From Thermoplasmata archaeon (GTDB taxonomy: Archaea > Thermoplasmatota > Thermoplasmata > Thermoplasmatales > GCA-001856825), in assembly GCA_021792255.1 (NCBI GenBank), contig JAJYUZ010000002.1:33444-97443 (forward strand): 64,000 bases of DNA. The letters are read 5' to 3'. Position 1 is the first letter of the stretch; every line of letters starts with the position of its first letter. The translations under genes were made by a program, and so were the position numbers. Positions 1-9,204 of this stretch are shown here, one piece after another. The notes beneath the pieces are model-generated. The model worked only from the letters and a program-made list of their open reading frames with translations, was not told the origin of the DNA and made no database searches.

Positions 1-2
1 TC

Positions 3-644
3 ATGCAAGAGATAGAGGAACTCTCAATAGGTGGCTCTCTTAGGCTCACGGGGCCTGTGAAGTTCAAGAGAATAGACCTTTCGGGGTCGCTGAATATTGA
101 GGGAAGCGCCGAAGGGAGGAGCCTTGAGATAAGCGGATCCGGAAAGATAACTGGACAGACAAAAGTGGAATCAATCGAAGTCAGGGGGAGTCTAAAAATT
201 GGCGAGTCATGCGAATGCGAAGATCTCGAGATTAGTGGGGCGGCAGAAGTTGCGGGAACACTCAAATGCGGAAAACTGGAAGTTGCGGGGAAGCTAGAAG
301 CTCAGAGCATAGATGCCAGGAAGATCGGCATAGCTGGGAAAATGAGTGGAAAGGAAATCCGAGCTTTAGAAATTAATGTAGAAAAAGAATCTAGAATCAG
401 AGGAACCATAGTCTGCGGAACTATAAACATCGAAAAGGGAGCAGAGGTCGAGGACGTCTATGCCGACAAGATTGACCTGGAGAAAGATACCGAATGCGGG
501 GTTATCGAATGCAACGAAATCACAGTCGAAAGGTATTCGGACATTAAAGAATTGAGATACGTAAGATCAGCAAATATTTCTCCAAAGGCAAGCGTGGGTA
601 AGATAACCAAGATCGAAAGAATTTCCAGAGAATTACCAAACTGA
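3..644 (+). CDS. bactofilin-like (DUF583-type) beta-helical repeat protein; may be clipped by window edge
   Basis: The ORF has an ATG at nt 3. The translation is a chain of short repeats of G-x-L/I-x-I/V-x-G type (SLRLTG, SLNIEG, SLEISGSG, KITG, SLKIG, LEISG, EVAG, LEVAG, IGIAG, IRGTI, INIEKG), as in polymer-forming bactofilin-like proteins. No TM segment. Confidence 0.6.
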   Translation: MQEIEELSIGGSLRLTGPVKFKRIDLSGSLNIEGSAEGRSLEISGSGKITGQTKVESIEVRGSLKIGESCECEDLEISGAAEVAGTLKCGKLEVAGKLEAQSIDARKIGIAGKMSGKEIRALEINVEKESRIRGTIVCGTINIEKGAEVEDVYADKIDLEKDTECGVIECNEITVERYSDIKELRYVRSANISPKASVGKITKIERISRELPN

Positions 645-686
645 TCTCAACGTGACCGGACTTAATGAATTCAAAAGGTTGAAGGA

Positions 687-1949
687 ATGTCGAAGCTAGA
701 CGTAATCCCCGGAGACGTCCAGATTAAAAAATCGAAAGGGACTCCTTTAGGCGGGGGATTTGGAAATCTATTCGTCTCAACGACGGTAGCTTCCTTTGGA
801 GGGTCAGTTTCGGCTGTAGCTGTAAGTTGGATTGTCTATTATTTTACCCACAACGCTCTTTACATCTCGTATCTAGGGATGGCTGGAATCGTCCCAGGTA
901 TTGTGTTGGGGTTATTTGCCGGAGTCATAGCGGATAGATATGATAAGAAATTATTGATGGTCGCCTCGGACGTAGTCAGGGCAATTTCTATGGCACTCCT
1001 TGCACTATTCCTTTACTTTGTAGGATTCTCGTTCCCCCTGATACTTGCAGTAATGGTGATCGTGTATTCATTCACAACCTTTTTTCAGCCCGCAAGCCAA
1101 GCCATACTTCCCATGTTGATCAACAAGGAAGGTCTGGAAAATGCTAACGGGAAGCTGCAAGGCTCTTTCAGCGTCTTTCAATCAATTGGATCTGCTGCTG
1201 GAGGGTTGATTGTAGCTTATTTTGGCGCAGTCTATGGGCTGGGTATAAACTCAATGACCTACGCAGTTTCTGCAATATTCCTGTTTCAAATTGCAGGAGA
1301 GTTCAAGAATAGAACCACAAAAGAGCAATCGAAACAGAGCTCATTTTCCAATGACCTCAGAGATGGAATGCGATTCATGAGGGAGCACCTGTCGATACTC
1401 GAGGGCACGCTAGGAGGACTCCCCGCGAACTTCTTCGGAAGTCTCTTCTACCCTTTTTTTGTGGTCTACGCATCCGACAGGTTCGGTGCCAATTCCTCTT
1501 CTTATGGGTACCTTGTCGCGGCAATAGGAGGCGGCATGGCTTTTGGGGCTATCCTTGTCGGTCGAATCAATGCTAGCAGGAATGCTGGGCCCCTGATATC
1601 ACTTGCGATCCTAGTTGCAGGTGCAACGGCTGTTCTCTTTGCTCTGTCAAACTCCCTATATCTCTCTCTGGTACTGGGAGCACTAGTCGGAGTGATGTTC
1701 GGCCTAATCAATACAACGTACATTTCAACCGTCCAGGCGATAGTGCCAAGAGAATTGCTTGCAAGGGTGTTGAGCATCGACTCGGTTGGTTCCTTCATTG
1801 CGATCCCTGCGGGTTTAGCAGTAGGAGGAGTGCTAATTTCTGTTCATGGGATTGTTTTCGATTACTTAGTGGCAGGAGTCGGCCTGTTGATAAATGGAGT
1901 GGTTCTCCTGTCTTTGAAAGAATTCAGGAAATTCAAATACATCCCTTAA
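687..1949 (+). CDS. MFS transporter
   Basis: 420 aa with about 12 hydrophobic segments. An MFS motif-A-like loop (GVIADRYDKKLL) follows TM2. ATG start. Confidence 0.8.
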   Translation: MSKLDVIPGDVQIKKSKGTPLGGGFGNLFVSTTVASFGGSVSAVAVSWIVYYFTHNALYISYLGMAGIVPGIVLGLFAGVIADRYDKKLLMVASDVVRAISMALLALFLYFVGFSFPLILAVMVIVYSFTTFFQPASQAILPMLINKEGLENANGKLQGSFSVFQSIGSAAGGLIVAYFGAVYGLGINSMTYAVSAIFLFQIAGEFKNRTTKEQSKQSSFSNDLRDGMRFMREHLSILEGTLGGLPANFFGSLFYPFFVVYASDRFGANSSSYGYLVAAIGGGMAFGAILVGRINASRNAGPLISLAILVAGATAVLFALSNSLYLSLVLGALVGVMFGLINTTYISTVQAIVPRELLARVLSIDSVGSFIAIPAGLAVGGVLISVHGIVFDYLVAGVGLLINGVVLLSLKEFRKFKYIP

Positions 1950-2034
1950 TGAGTCACTACTAAAAGTTCTTCTTTTCTCTCTTCTCTTTCACCTCTAACT
2001 TTTTATTCAGATTCGACATTCGCTAAAGGTCAGT

Positions 2035-3030
2035 GTGAAGTTAAGCCGGCTATATGTCGACGGGTTAGGTGTGTTTGAGGGGGAATCCATTGGAAAAGAC
2101 GTCGTTTCTCAGGGAGAGCTTGTTTTCACAACATCACCTTCAGGATATCTCAAATCCATTACAGACCCAAGTTACTCTGGACAGATATTGGTCTTCTCTT
2201 TTCCATACATCGGTTCGTACGGAATTGATGAGACAGGAGAAAGTGAAAGACCCCGTGTCAGGGGAGTTGTCATCAATCACGTTCCAGAATTGTTGAAGTC
2301 GGAACTGTCAGAATATCTGGAGAAGTGGGGGGTTCCAGGAATCATCACAAAAGAGACGAGGAAGATCATAGATTACATCAGAATCAATGGTAACAAGCTT
2401 GGGTCTTTTGGGGTAAACGAATTCTCAGATCCCTACAGGTCGAATCTTGTAAAAGAAACTTTAGAAATGGCGGATACAAGAGAGGGGAATGTTCTCCTCG
2501 TCGACCTAGGTTACAAGAGAAATATTCTGACGCAGTTGAATAACTATCAGGTATCCATAGTACCGTACGACAGGTTTCAAATAAAACACATAGCTCGAGT
2601 GGATGGAGTCGTCATTTCCAATGGGCCGGGAGATCCTTCATACCCGGGTCTTGCTGAGTTTGTATCGAAATTGAAAGGGACAATCGAAAAGAAACCCACT
2701 CTTGGAATTTGCCTTGGACACCAGCTCATATCTCTTTCTCTGGGGATGAAGACCGAGAAGATGAAATTCGGACACAGGAGTATCAACCATCCTGTAACGG
2801 ATTTAGCAACGGGTAAGATAGGAATTACGACACACAACCACGGGTTCGCGGTCGTCTTTGATGAGTCAAAGGAAGTAAGGGAAAGATATCGTTCTATGAA
2901 CGACGGCACCAATGAGGGGCTGGAAGGAAAGAACCTCTTGACCTCACAGTTCCATCCTGAAGGGGGGCCCGGACCAATCGACGAGCTTGGAGTCTTTGAG
3001 GAGTTCAGGAGGTTGATGTATGAGCGCTGA
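2035..3030 (+). CDS. carA: carbamoyl-phosphate synthase small (glutaminase) subunit
   Basis: GTG start. The N-terminal CPSase small-chain region (LYVDGLGVFEGESIG) is followed by a class I GATase with GICLGHQL (Cys nucleophile) and QFHPE (His/Glu). Overlaps carB by 11 nt. Confidence 0.9.
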   Translation: MKLSRLYVDGLGVFEGESIGKDVVSQGELVFTTSPSGYLKSITDPSYSGQILVFSFPYIGSYGIDETGESERPRVRGVVINHVPELLKSELSEYLEKWGVPGIITKETRKIIDYIRINGNKLGSFGVNEFSDPYRSNLVKETLEMADTREGNVLLVDLGYKRNILTQLNNYQVSIVPYDRFQIKHIARVDGVVISNGPGDPSYPGLAEFVSKLKGTIEKKPTLGICLGHQLISLSLGMKTEKMKFGHRSINHPVTDLATGKIGITTHNHGFAVVFDESKEVRERYRSMNDGTNEGLEGKNLLTSQFHPEGGPGPIDELGVFEEFRRLMYER

Positions 3031-5983
3031 CACAGTCATTACGAAGATTCTAATCATTGGTTCAGGGCCAATAGTGATAGGCCAGTCTGCAGAGTTTGAT
3101 TACTCCGGGAACCAGGCAATAAAGGCAGTCGTTAACGAAGGAATCCAAGTTGTAGTAGCGAATTCCAACCCAGCCACGATCCAAACCGATCGGAGAGAAG
3201 GAATCAAGCCAATGATGGTGCCACTTGACGAAGAAAGTATGATGAGGCTGATAGATGAGGAGAAGCCGGGTGCTATTCTTGGAACATTTGGTGGGCAGAC
3301 GGGTCTAAATCTTTTGGTGGAACTCTGGAAATCAGGATTCCTAGCCTCCAGAAATGTCAAGGTTTTAGGCACGCAGCCCGAAGTTGTCGAAATCTCCGAA
3401 GACAGGTTAAAATTCAAAAAGAAAATGGAGGAAATTGGAGAACCCGTACTAGAATCGTATTACTGTTCAACACTTCAGGATTCAATAAAATATTCCAAGC
3501 AGATCGGTTTCCCAATAGTTGTAAGGCCCTCTTTCACACTTGGCGGTAGTGGAGGGGGAATTGCACGAAATGTAGAGGAGCTCAGATCAATAGTCGAGCA
3601 AGGATTGTACCTGTCCGAAGTCGGAGCGATTCTTATAGAGAAATCTGTAATTGGCTGGAACGAGCTCGAAGTGGAGGTGGTTCGAGACTCCCTCGGGAAT
3701 AAGATTGCCGTTTGCACCATGGAGAACGTAGATCCCATGGGAGTCCACACGGGTGACAGCATCGTGGTGACGCCCTTCCTTACGCTCAACGATTACAATT
3801 ATCAGAAGATCAGGAATTCTGCTCTAAAAATCGCAGAAAGGCTCGGCATCGTAGGGGCGTGTAATGTCCAGTTTGCTTTCAACGATGCTACAGGGGAATA
3901 TTACGTGATTGAAGTGAACCCAAGGTTGTCGAGATCTTCTGCTCTCGCATCCAAGGCAACAGGGTACCCAATAGCAAGGGTGGCTGCACTGATCTCTCTA
4001 GGAAAGAAACTTTCAGAGATTGAGAACACGGTGACTGGTGAGAAGAATGCTGCAAGGGAGCCTGCCATAGATTACGTCGTCGTGAAGTGCCCAGTATGGC
4101 CGATTGAAAAATTTCCAGAAGAAGATTTCAAGCTGGGAACTCAGATGAAAAGTACGGGGGAAGCAATGAGCATTGGCAAAACGCTCTCCGAGGCATTCAG
4201 GAAATCTCTGAGGTCCACGGGAATGATCAACAGGAAAGTCGTATTCGATGAATCTCTGTTATCGGTACCGAATCCCGAAAGAATTCTTCAAATCTATGAG
4301 GCTTATAAGAGAGGTTATGCGATCGAAAAGATATCTTCTCTGACTGGCTGGAAGAAGCTTTTTGTGGGCGAATTGTTAGTTGCGTTCAAAGGGGAAATTG
4401 AGGGGACAGGATTTTCCATCGTGGACACATGTGCAGGGGAATTCGATGTGCACACTCCATACTATTATTCATCGAATCCAGGCGAGAAGATTAAGGGAGA
4501 CGTGATCGTTCTTGGTGGCGGACCAATAACGATAGGACAGGGGATAGAATTTGATTATAGCTGTGTCCACGTTTCCTCGAGGTTTCGAGAGAAGGGAATC
4601 AAGGTCATAATGATAAACGATAATCCAGAAACAGTGTCCACAGATTTCGACGAAAGCGACTTCCTCGTCTTCGATCCGGTGGATTTTGAAACTGTGAGAA
4701 ATGTTATTGAGAATTCTACGGCGACGTCTCTCGTTCCATGGTTTGGTGGACAAAGACCGATTAACATCCTCCAGAAGATAAACGATCATTTCGGGGAGAG
4801 AATCAGAATTCTGGGAACGGACGTCAAAACGATTGACATCCTAGAGGATCGTGAAAAATTTGCTTCACTAATGAGGGAAATGAGAATCCCGTATCCAGAG
4901 TACTTCTTCACATCGACAGAATCTTTTCTGGACACAGTAAAGAAACTTACCTACCCCGTCATTGTCAGGCCCTCTTACACAATTTCAGGAGCGCACATGG
5001 CCGTCCTAAAGTCCACTCAAGAAGCAGATGACTATCTGAAATTCCACGGTAGATTCGTTAAGGAGTTTCTCGTCGAAAAATATCTTGACAATTCGATGGA
5101 AGCAGAAATCGATGGTGTTTCAGATGGCGAGAATGTACTGATCCCAGGAATAATAGAACACATAGAAGAAGCTGGGATTCACTCAGGCGACTCAACCAGT
5201 ATCTTCCCCTCCAAAAACATTCCCAGCCATGTCCTGGAGACGATGAAGGAATACACGAAGTTGATCTGCAGGAAACTCAGAGTGGTTGGGCCGATAAACA
5301 TCCAGTTTGCAGTCAAGGACAATGTGGTTCACATAATAGAGATAAATCCTAGATCATCTAGGACTTTCCCCTTTGTTTCAAAAATTTCAGGAATCAATCT
5401 ATCGGAAGCTGCGACGGATGTTCTTCTCGGGGCAAAACTTTCAGAGATCCAATCAACTACAAACCTGACGGGAGTAAAGGTTCCAATATTCCCATTCGAG
5501 AAGTTGAAGGGATCTGACGTAATTCTTGGTCCAGAAATGAAGAGCACAGGCGAAGTTATAGGTATTGGTTCAAACTTGAAGCAGGCTCTTGTCAACGGTT
5601 ACAGGGCCGCAGGCTACAACATCTCAAAGGAAGGGGTCATCATTTCAATTCCAGCAAAAAGGATCAGCGAATTCCTAGGAATAGTAAAGATGATAAACAA
5701 TTCTGGCAAGGCAATATATTGTACAGAAGGGACTCACGACGTTTTAGAGAATTATGGTATCAACACGGTCAAAATAAAAAAGATTTTCGAGGGCGTCCCC
5801 AATACGCTCGATCTCCTCAATCTTGGGAACGTATCTGCCGTCATAAATGTACTATCAGAAAATTACAGGTCAGAGAGTGATGGAAAGATAATGAGGAGAG
5901 CTTGTTATGAGAAGAGGGTGCTTTACATAAGTACCAGGACCCAAGCTGCGGCATTTGCCGAAGTGATCACAGTTTCCAGATAA
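3020..5983 (+). CDS. carB: carbamoyl-phosphate synthase large subunit
   Basis: 987 aa with two ATP-grasp halves, each starting with a GSGP/GGGPI..GQ..EFDYS motif and containing E(V/I)NPR(L/S)SR. A C-terminal MGS-like allosteric domain is present. Confidence 0.95.
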   Translation: MSADTVITKILIIGSGPIVIGQSAEFDYSGNQAIKAVVNEGIQVVVANSNPATIQTDRREGIKPMMVPLDEESMMRLIDEEKPGAILGTFGGQTGLNLLVELWKSGFLASRNVKVLGTQPEVVEISEDRLKFKKKMEEIGEPVLESYYCSTLQDSIKYSKQIGFPIVVRPSFTLGGSGGGIARNVEELRSIVEQGLYLSEVGAILIEKSVIGWNELEVEVVRDSLGNKIAVCTMENVDPMGVHTGDSIVVTPFLTLNDYNYQKIRNSALKIAERLGIVGACNVQFAFNDATGEYYVIEVNPRLSRSSALASKATGYPIARVAALISLGKKLSEIENTVTGEKNAAREPAIDYVVVKCPVWPIEKFPEEDFKLGTQMKSTGEAMSIGKTLSEAFRKSLRSTGMINRKVVFDESLLSVPNPERILQIYEAYKRGYAIEKISSLTGWKKLFVGELLVAFKGEIEGTGFSIVDTCAGEFDVHTPYYYSSNPGEKIKGDVIVLGGGPITIGQGIEFDYSCVHVSSRFREKGIKVIMINDNPETVSTDFDESDFLVFDPVDFETVRNVIENSTATSLVPWFGGQRPINILQKINDHFGERIRILGTDVKTIDILEDREKFASLMREMRIPYPEYFFTSTESFLDTVKKLTYPVIVRPSYTISGAHMAVLKSTQEADDYLKFHGRFVKEFLVEKYLDNSMEAEIDGVSDGENVLIPGIIEHIEEAGIHSGDSTSIFPSKNIPSHVLETMKEYTKLICRKLRVVGPINIQFAVKDNVVHIIEINPRSSRTFPFVSKISGINLSEAATDVLLGAKLSEIQSTTNLTGVKVPIFPFEKLKGSDVILGPEMKSTGEVIGIGSNLKQALVNGYRAAGYNISKEGVIISIPAKRISEFLGIVKMINNSGKAIYCTEGTHDVLENYGINTVKIKKIFEGVPNTLDLLNLGNVSAVINVLSENYRSESDGKIMRRACYEKRVLYISTRTQAAAFAEVITVSR

Positions 5984-6142
5984 GAATACGGGAAGAGTTC
6001 ATAAATTCGAGCTAGTTTTCGTCGGTAATGCGTCAGTTAGATGGATTAAATGTTTAAGCTTTCTTAATATTTTATGCATGGCTTAATATATTTCACAATG
6101 AGATTATATTCTTGAAAGCGATATCAGAATTGGTGTCGACCT

Positions 6143-6547
6143 ATGGTAAGTAAACTATCTATAATTTTGTTCAGTGGAACGACCGACAAAATACTTTCGG
6201 CGGGCGTATTATCGCAAGCCGGCGCGGCAATGGGATCAGAAGTGAGAATATTCGTAACCTTCTGGGGGCTACTAAGTTTTACCAAGGGAGAAAAAAAGAT
6301 GATGCTCCCTAAGGAATTCGAACAGATGGGCCCGGTGTTCATGCAAGGGATGGCGAGGGAACACGTGAAGTCCTGGTACGAGATGATAATGGAAGCAAAA
6401 GAGTTTGGTGCCAAGGTTTACGCATGTTCAATGGCGTGCGGAGTCATGGGCATAAAGAGAGAGGATTTGGATCCAATCGTCGATGACATGGTAGGGGCAG
6501 CAGCTTTCCTCCAGCAAGCTGAAGGTGGCCAGACGCTGTACATATAA
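6143..6547 (+). CDS. DsrE/DsrF-like sulfur relay protein (COG2210-type)
   Basis: 134 aa. The N-terminus LSIILFSGTTDK and the conserved Cys pair in VYACSMACG (Cys95/Cys99 of this ORF) are typical of DsrE2/DsrE3-like proteins. A tusA-like gene starts 4 nt downstream. Confidence 0.8.
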   Translation: MVSKLSIILFSGTTDKILSAGVLSQAGAAMGSEVRIFVTFWGLLSFTKGEKKMMLPKEFEQMGPVFMQGMAREHVKSWYEMIMEAKEFGAKVYACSMACGVMGIKREDLDPIVDDMVGAAAFLQQAEGGQTLYI

Positions 6548-6551
6548 GGTG

Positions 6552-6791
6552 ATGAAAATGGAAAACTTCAAAATAATCGATTCGAGAGGGTCGGCTTGTC
6601 CTGGTCCCATAACAGATTTGGCGAGAGCTTACCGGAACTCTAAGGTGGGAGATTTGCTGGAAATCTGGGCTACCGACAAGGGAGTGAGGGCGGATACCCA
6701 GGCCTGGGCAGCCAAAACCGGGAATGAGATCCTCGAAGTGAAGGAAGATCAGGAAAAGATCGTCATCAAGATCAAGATAAACAAAAGATAA
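6552..6791 (+). CDS. tusA: TusA/SirA-like sulfurtransferase
   Basis: 79 aa from the ATG at 6552 (the track ORF starts earlier, inside the dsrE-like gene). Shows the classic D-x-R-G-x-x-CPGP active-site motif (DSRGSACPGPI). Confidence 0.85.
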   Translation: MKMENFKIIDSRGSACPGPITDLARAYRNSKVGDLLEIWATDKGVRADTQAWAAKTGNEILEVKEDQEKIVIKIKINKR

Positions 6792-6798
6792 ACGGAAG

Positions 6799-7989
6799 AT
6801 GAAAATGAAGAAAGTTCTCATAATAGGTGGTGGAGGGGGCGGGCTAATCCTTGCTAACCATCTAGATACAAATGAGTATGATGTGACTGTAGTGGACAAG
6901 AGTGACTTGCACTTTTATCAACCATGGTTCTTGTACATAGCCTTTAAAGGTTCCAAAAGAAAGATTTCCAGACCAATAGGATCGCTGTTGAAACCCGGAG
7001 TGCACTTCGTTCAGGACGAGATAAGTGCCATCAATTTAGACGAGAGAAAAGTCTACGGCACGAGAAAGGGAATATACACTTACGACTATCTAGCCATCGC
7101 GACTGGAACTACTCCAGACCCAGACGCGATTCCAGGACTAAGGCAGATCTATGATGAATATGGAGACTACCATACCAATGTCTGGAACTCAGAAAAGTTA
7201 TGGTCACATATAAGCAAATTCAAGGGAGGGACGATCGCAATTGGCCAATCTTCTGCAACATGCAAGTGCCCACCTTCTCTGTTAGAGGGGGCGTTTCTTC
7301 TAGAAGAGCGCCTCAGAAGTATTGGATTGAAAGAAAAAACAAAGATAGTGTTCTTCACTCCGTTTGCCAGAGCCTATTCTGCAGAACCGATGAACAAGGT
7401 TGTGGAACCGTTCGTAAAGGAAAGGGGCATAGAAGTAATGCCATTCTTCGACGTAGACACGATAGATGTGGAGCACAAGACAATCGCATCTCTAGAAGGA
7501 GACTCGCTAAATTACGACCTTCCAATCATAGTACCTCCCTGCAAAGGAACGAAAATAAAGATCATTCCGGAAACGGTGCAAGACGAAGATAGATTCATAA
7601 AGGCGGATAAGAAGTACATGAAAATAAACGGTTACGAGGACGCCTTTGCTATAGGCGACTGCAACACTCTTCCCACATCCAAAACGGGAGTCACTGCACA
7701 TCTCGAGGCCATGGCAGTTTCAGAAATAATTCAGGGAAGATACGCAGAATTCGACGGAAGGATCAATTGCCCTTTCGACACAGCATACGGAAAGGCGACT
7801 TTCGTAATAGCCGACTACAACAATCCAGTGGTTCCTTACCCACCTACAAAAACGAAGCACATGATGAAGATGAGCATGGCACGGATTTACTGGATGACCT
7901 TGATGGGCACGGCCGATCCGATCTTTGAACAGTTTTTCAACCACACGAAACCTGAAAAACTCAACAAGAAGTTTGCCGCTACAGAGTAA
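6799..7989 (+). CDS. sulfide:quinone oxidoreductase-like FAD-dependent pyridine nucleotide-disulfide oxidoreductase
   Basis: 396 aa. The N-terminus carries a Rossmann VLIIGGGGGG motif. Also present are a CKCPP motif (Cys155/157), an AIGDC..LPTSKTG motif near the C-terminus, and ATG..P. This architecture is typical of the SQR/FCSD flavoprotein family. Confidence 0.8.
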   Translation: MKMKKVLIIGGGGGGLILANHLDTNEYDVTVVDKSDLHFYQPWFLYIAFKGSKRKISRPIGSLLKPGVHFVQDEISAINLDERKVYGTRKGIYTYDYLAIATGTTPDPDAIPGLRQIYDEYGDYHTNVWNSEKLWSHISKFKGGTIAIGQSSATCKCPPSLLEGAFLLEERLRSIGLKEKTKIVFFTPFARAYSAEPMNKVVEPFVKERGIEVMPFFDVDTIDVEHKTIASLEGDSLNYDLPIIVPPCKGTKIKIIPETVQDEDRFIKADKKYMKINGYEDAFAIGDCNTLPTSKTGVTAHLEAMAVSEIIQGRYAEFDGRINCPFDTAYGKATFVIADYNNPVVPYPPTKTKHMMKMSMARIYWMTLMGTADPIFEQFFNHTKPEKLNKKFAATE

Positions 7990-8080
7990 TCTTATACTCC
8001 TTTTTTCCTCTTATTTCTACTATTAAGGAAGCGTGGACTCTGACTCGAGGCAAAGTGTCGTTCTTACGGGGAATGCGTAA

Positions 8081-8449
8081 CTAGTAGCCCAGTATTTTCA
8101 TCGCTGCTTCAACTGGGACGACACAAATCATTTTCATGCTACTCTCCGCTCTAATTGTGTGTGTCACTCCCCCCGGGATAAAGAGGAACATATCCTTCTC
8201 GACCGATATCTTTTTGCCCTCCAGTTCCGCCTCTCCTTTGCCGGCAAGAACGAATATCTCGTGTTCGTAGTCGTGGCTATGATTTGGAGTCGATTTACCA
8301 CCTGGTATGGTTATCAATCTCATCGAAAAATTCTGCGCACCATCTCTGTGAGTGATAAGCCATCTTATCTTTCCACCGCCTTCTAGGTCAAGTTCTTCTA
8401 TTGTTGAGGAGGCTTCCACGATAAATCTCGCCATGAAGGAATATGGCAC
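8081..8449 (-). CDS. cupin domain protein
   Basis: 122 aa with both cupin motifs visible: GGKSTPNHSHDYEHEIFVLAG and FIPGGVTHTIRA. Confidence 0.8.
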   Translation of the reverse strand: MPYSFMARFIVEASSTIEELDLEGGGKIRWLITHRDGAQNFSMRLITIPGGKSTPNHSHDYEHEIFVLAGKGEAELEGKKISVEKDMFLFIPGGVTHTIRAESSMKMICVVPVEAAMKILGY

Positions 8450-8467
8450 CTTTCTATATCAAAATGG

Positions 8468-9013
8468 CTACTTCTTGATTTTTTCTGGATTGGGCCAGGG
8501 AAAGAGCGTTTCCCCGATCTGGTTTCTCTTGTTTGCTACGAGTGCCATCATGAAAATCAATGACGAGAGCCTGTTCAGATATTGCAGAGAGGGAGGACCA
8601 ACCTTCTGGACTGCATTGAGTTCTACCAATCTTCTTTCGGCTCTTCTAGTTATTGCCCTCGAAAGCTGCAGGCTGGCTGCTTCCTTGGAGCCTCCAGGGA
8701 TCACAAACAATCTTATTTCTCCAATCTCCTTCAGGTAAACGGCTATCCTATTTTCCAGCCAGGAAACTCCGTCGTCTCTCAGTTTTCGTCCGGTTCCAGA
8801 GGTCAGTATTTCTTCTCCTAAATGAAATAAATCCATCTGTACTTGAGAAAGATCCGTGGTCACATCACTCCAGGAGATCTGGACCTTGGAATATCCAATC
8901 TGAGCTATCAGCTCGTCGAGAGTTCCTTCCCACTCTATGATTGGATTGTCTTTCTTGATCCTCTTGCCGGATGTACTGTCCGTTTCTCCCGAATCGCCAC
9001 GCCTAGAGTACAC
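8468..9013 (-). CDS. PduO-type ATP:cob(I)alamin adenosyltransferase
   Basis: 181 aa. The N-terminus RRGDSGETD....EWEGTLDELIAQIG matches the conserved TGDxGxT ... GxxDELN region of the PduO/MMAB family. Confidence 0.85.
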   Translation of the reverse strand: MYSRRGDSGETDSTSGKRIKKDNPIIEWEGTLDELIAQIGYSKVQISWSDVTTDLSQVQMDLFHLGEEILTSGTGRKLRDDGVSWLENRIAVYLKEIGEIRLFVIPGGSKEAASLQLSRAITRRAERRLVELNAVQKVGPPSLQYLNRLSSLIFMMALVANKRNQIGETLFPWPNPEKIKK

Positions 9014-9131
9014 TCATTATTATCATAATCCCGTATATCTTTTTAGTGACCGGATCGACTTCATTCAGAGGCATCGCCAAAGGGAAGGAAAAGAGCTAAG
9101 CAAAAGTTTGTAATTATGTGCCAAGACCTGA

Positions 9132-9195
9132 GGAGCAGTGTGATGAATTTAGCCTTAACTGAGTATGATGAGTGACAGGCGATCTGATCTGCTCC
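9132..9195 (+). ncRNA. C/D box sRNA (2'-O-methylation guide)
   Basis: Read directly from the sequence:
- 7-bp terminal stem GGAGCAG (9132-9138) / CUGCUCC (9189-9195)
- C box GUGAUGA (9140-9146)
- 12-nt guide AUUUAGCCUUAA
- D' box CUGA (9159-9162)
- 3-nt loop
- C' box UGAUGA (9166-9171)
- 12-nt guide GUGACAGGCGAU
- D box CUGA (9184-9187)
- followed by a T-rich tract, TTTCGTTTTT

This is the canonical archaeal layout, located in an intergenic region. Confidence 0.9.
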
Positions 9196-9204
9196 TTTCG
9201 TTTT

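Noticed and set aside
6444-6899. 151-aa minus-strand ORF spanning the dsrE-tusA-sqr junctions
   Set aside because: It is antisense to three motif-supported plus-strand genes. Its Pro/Ser-rich translation looks non-biological.
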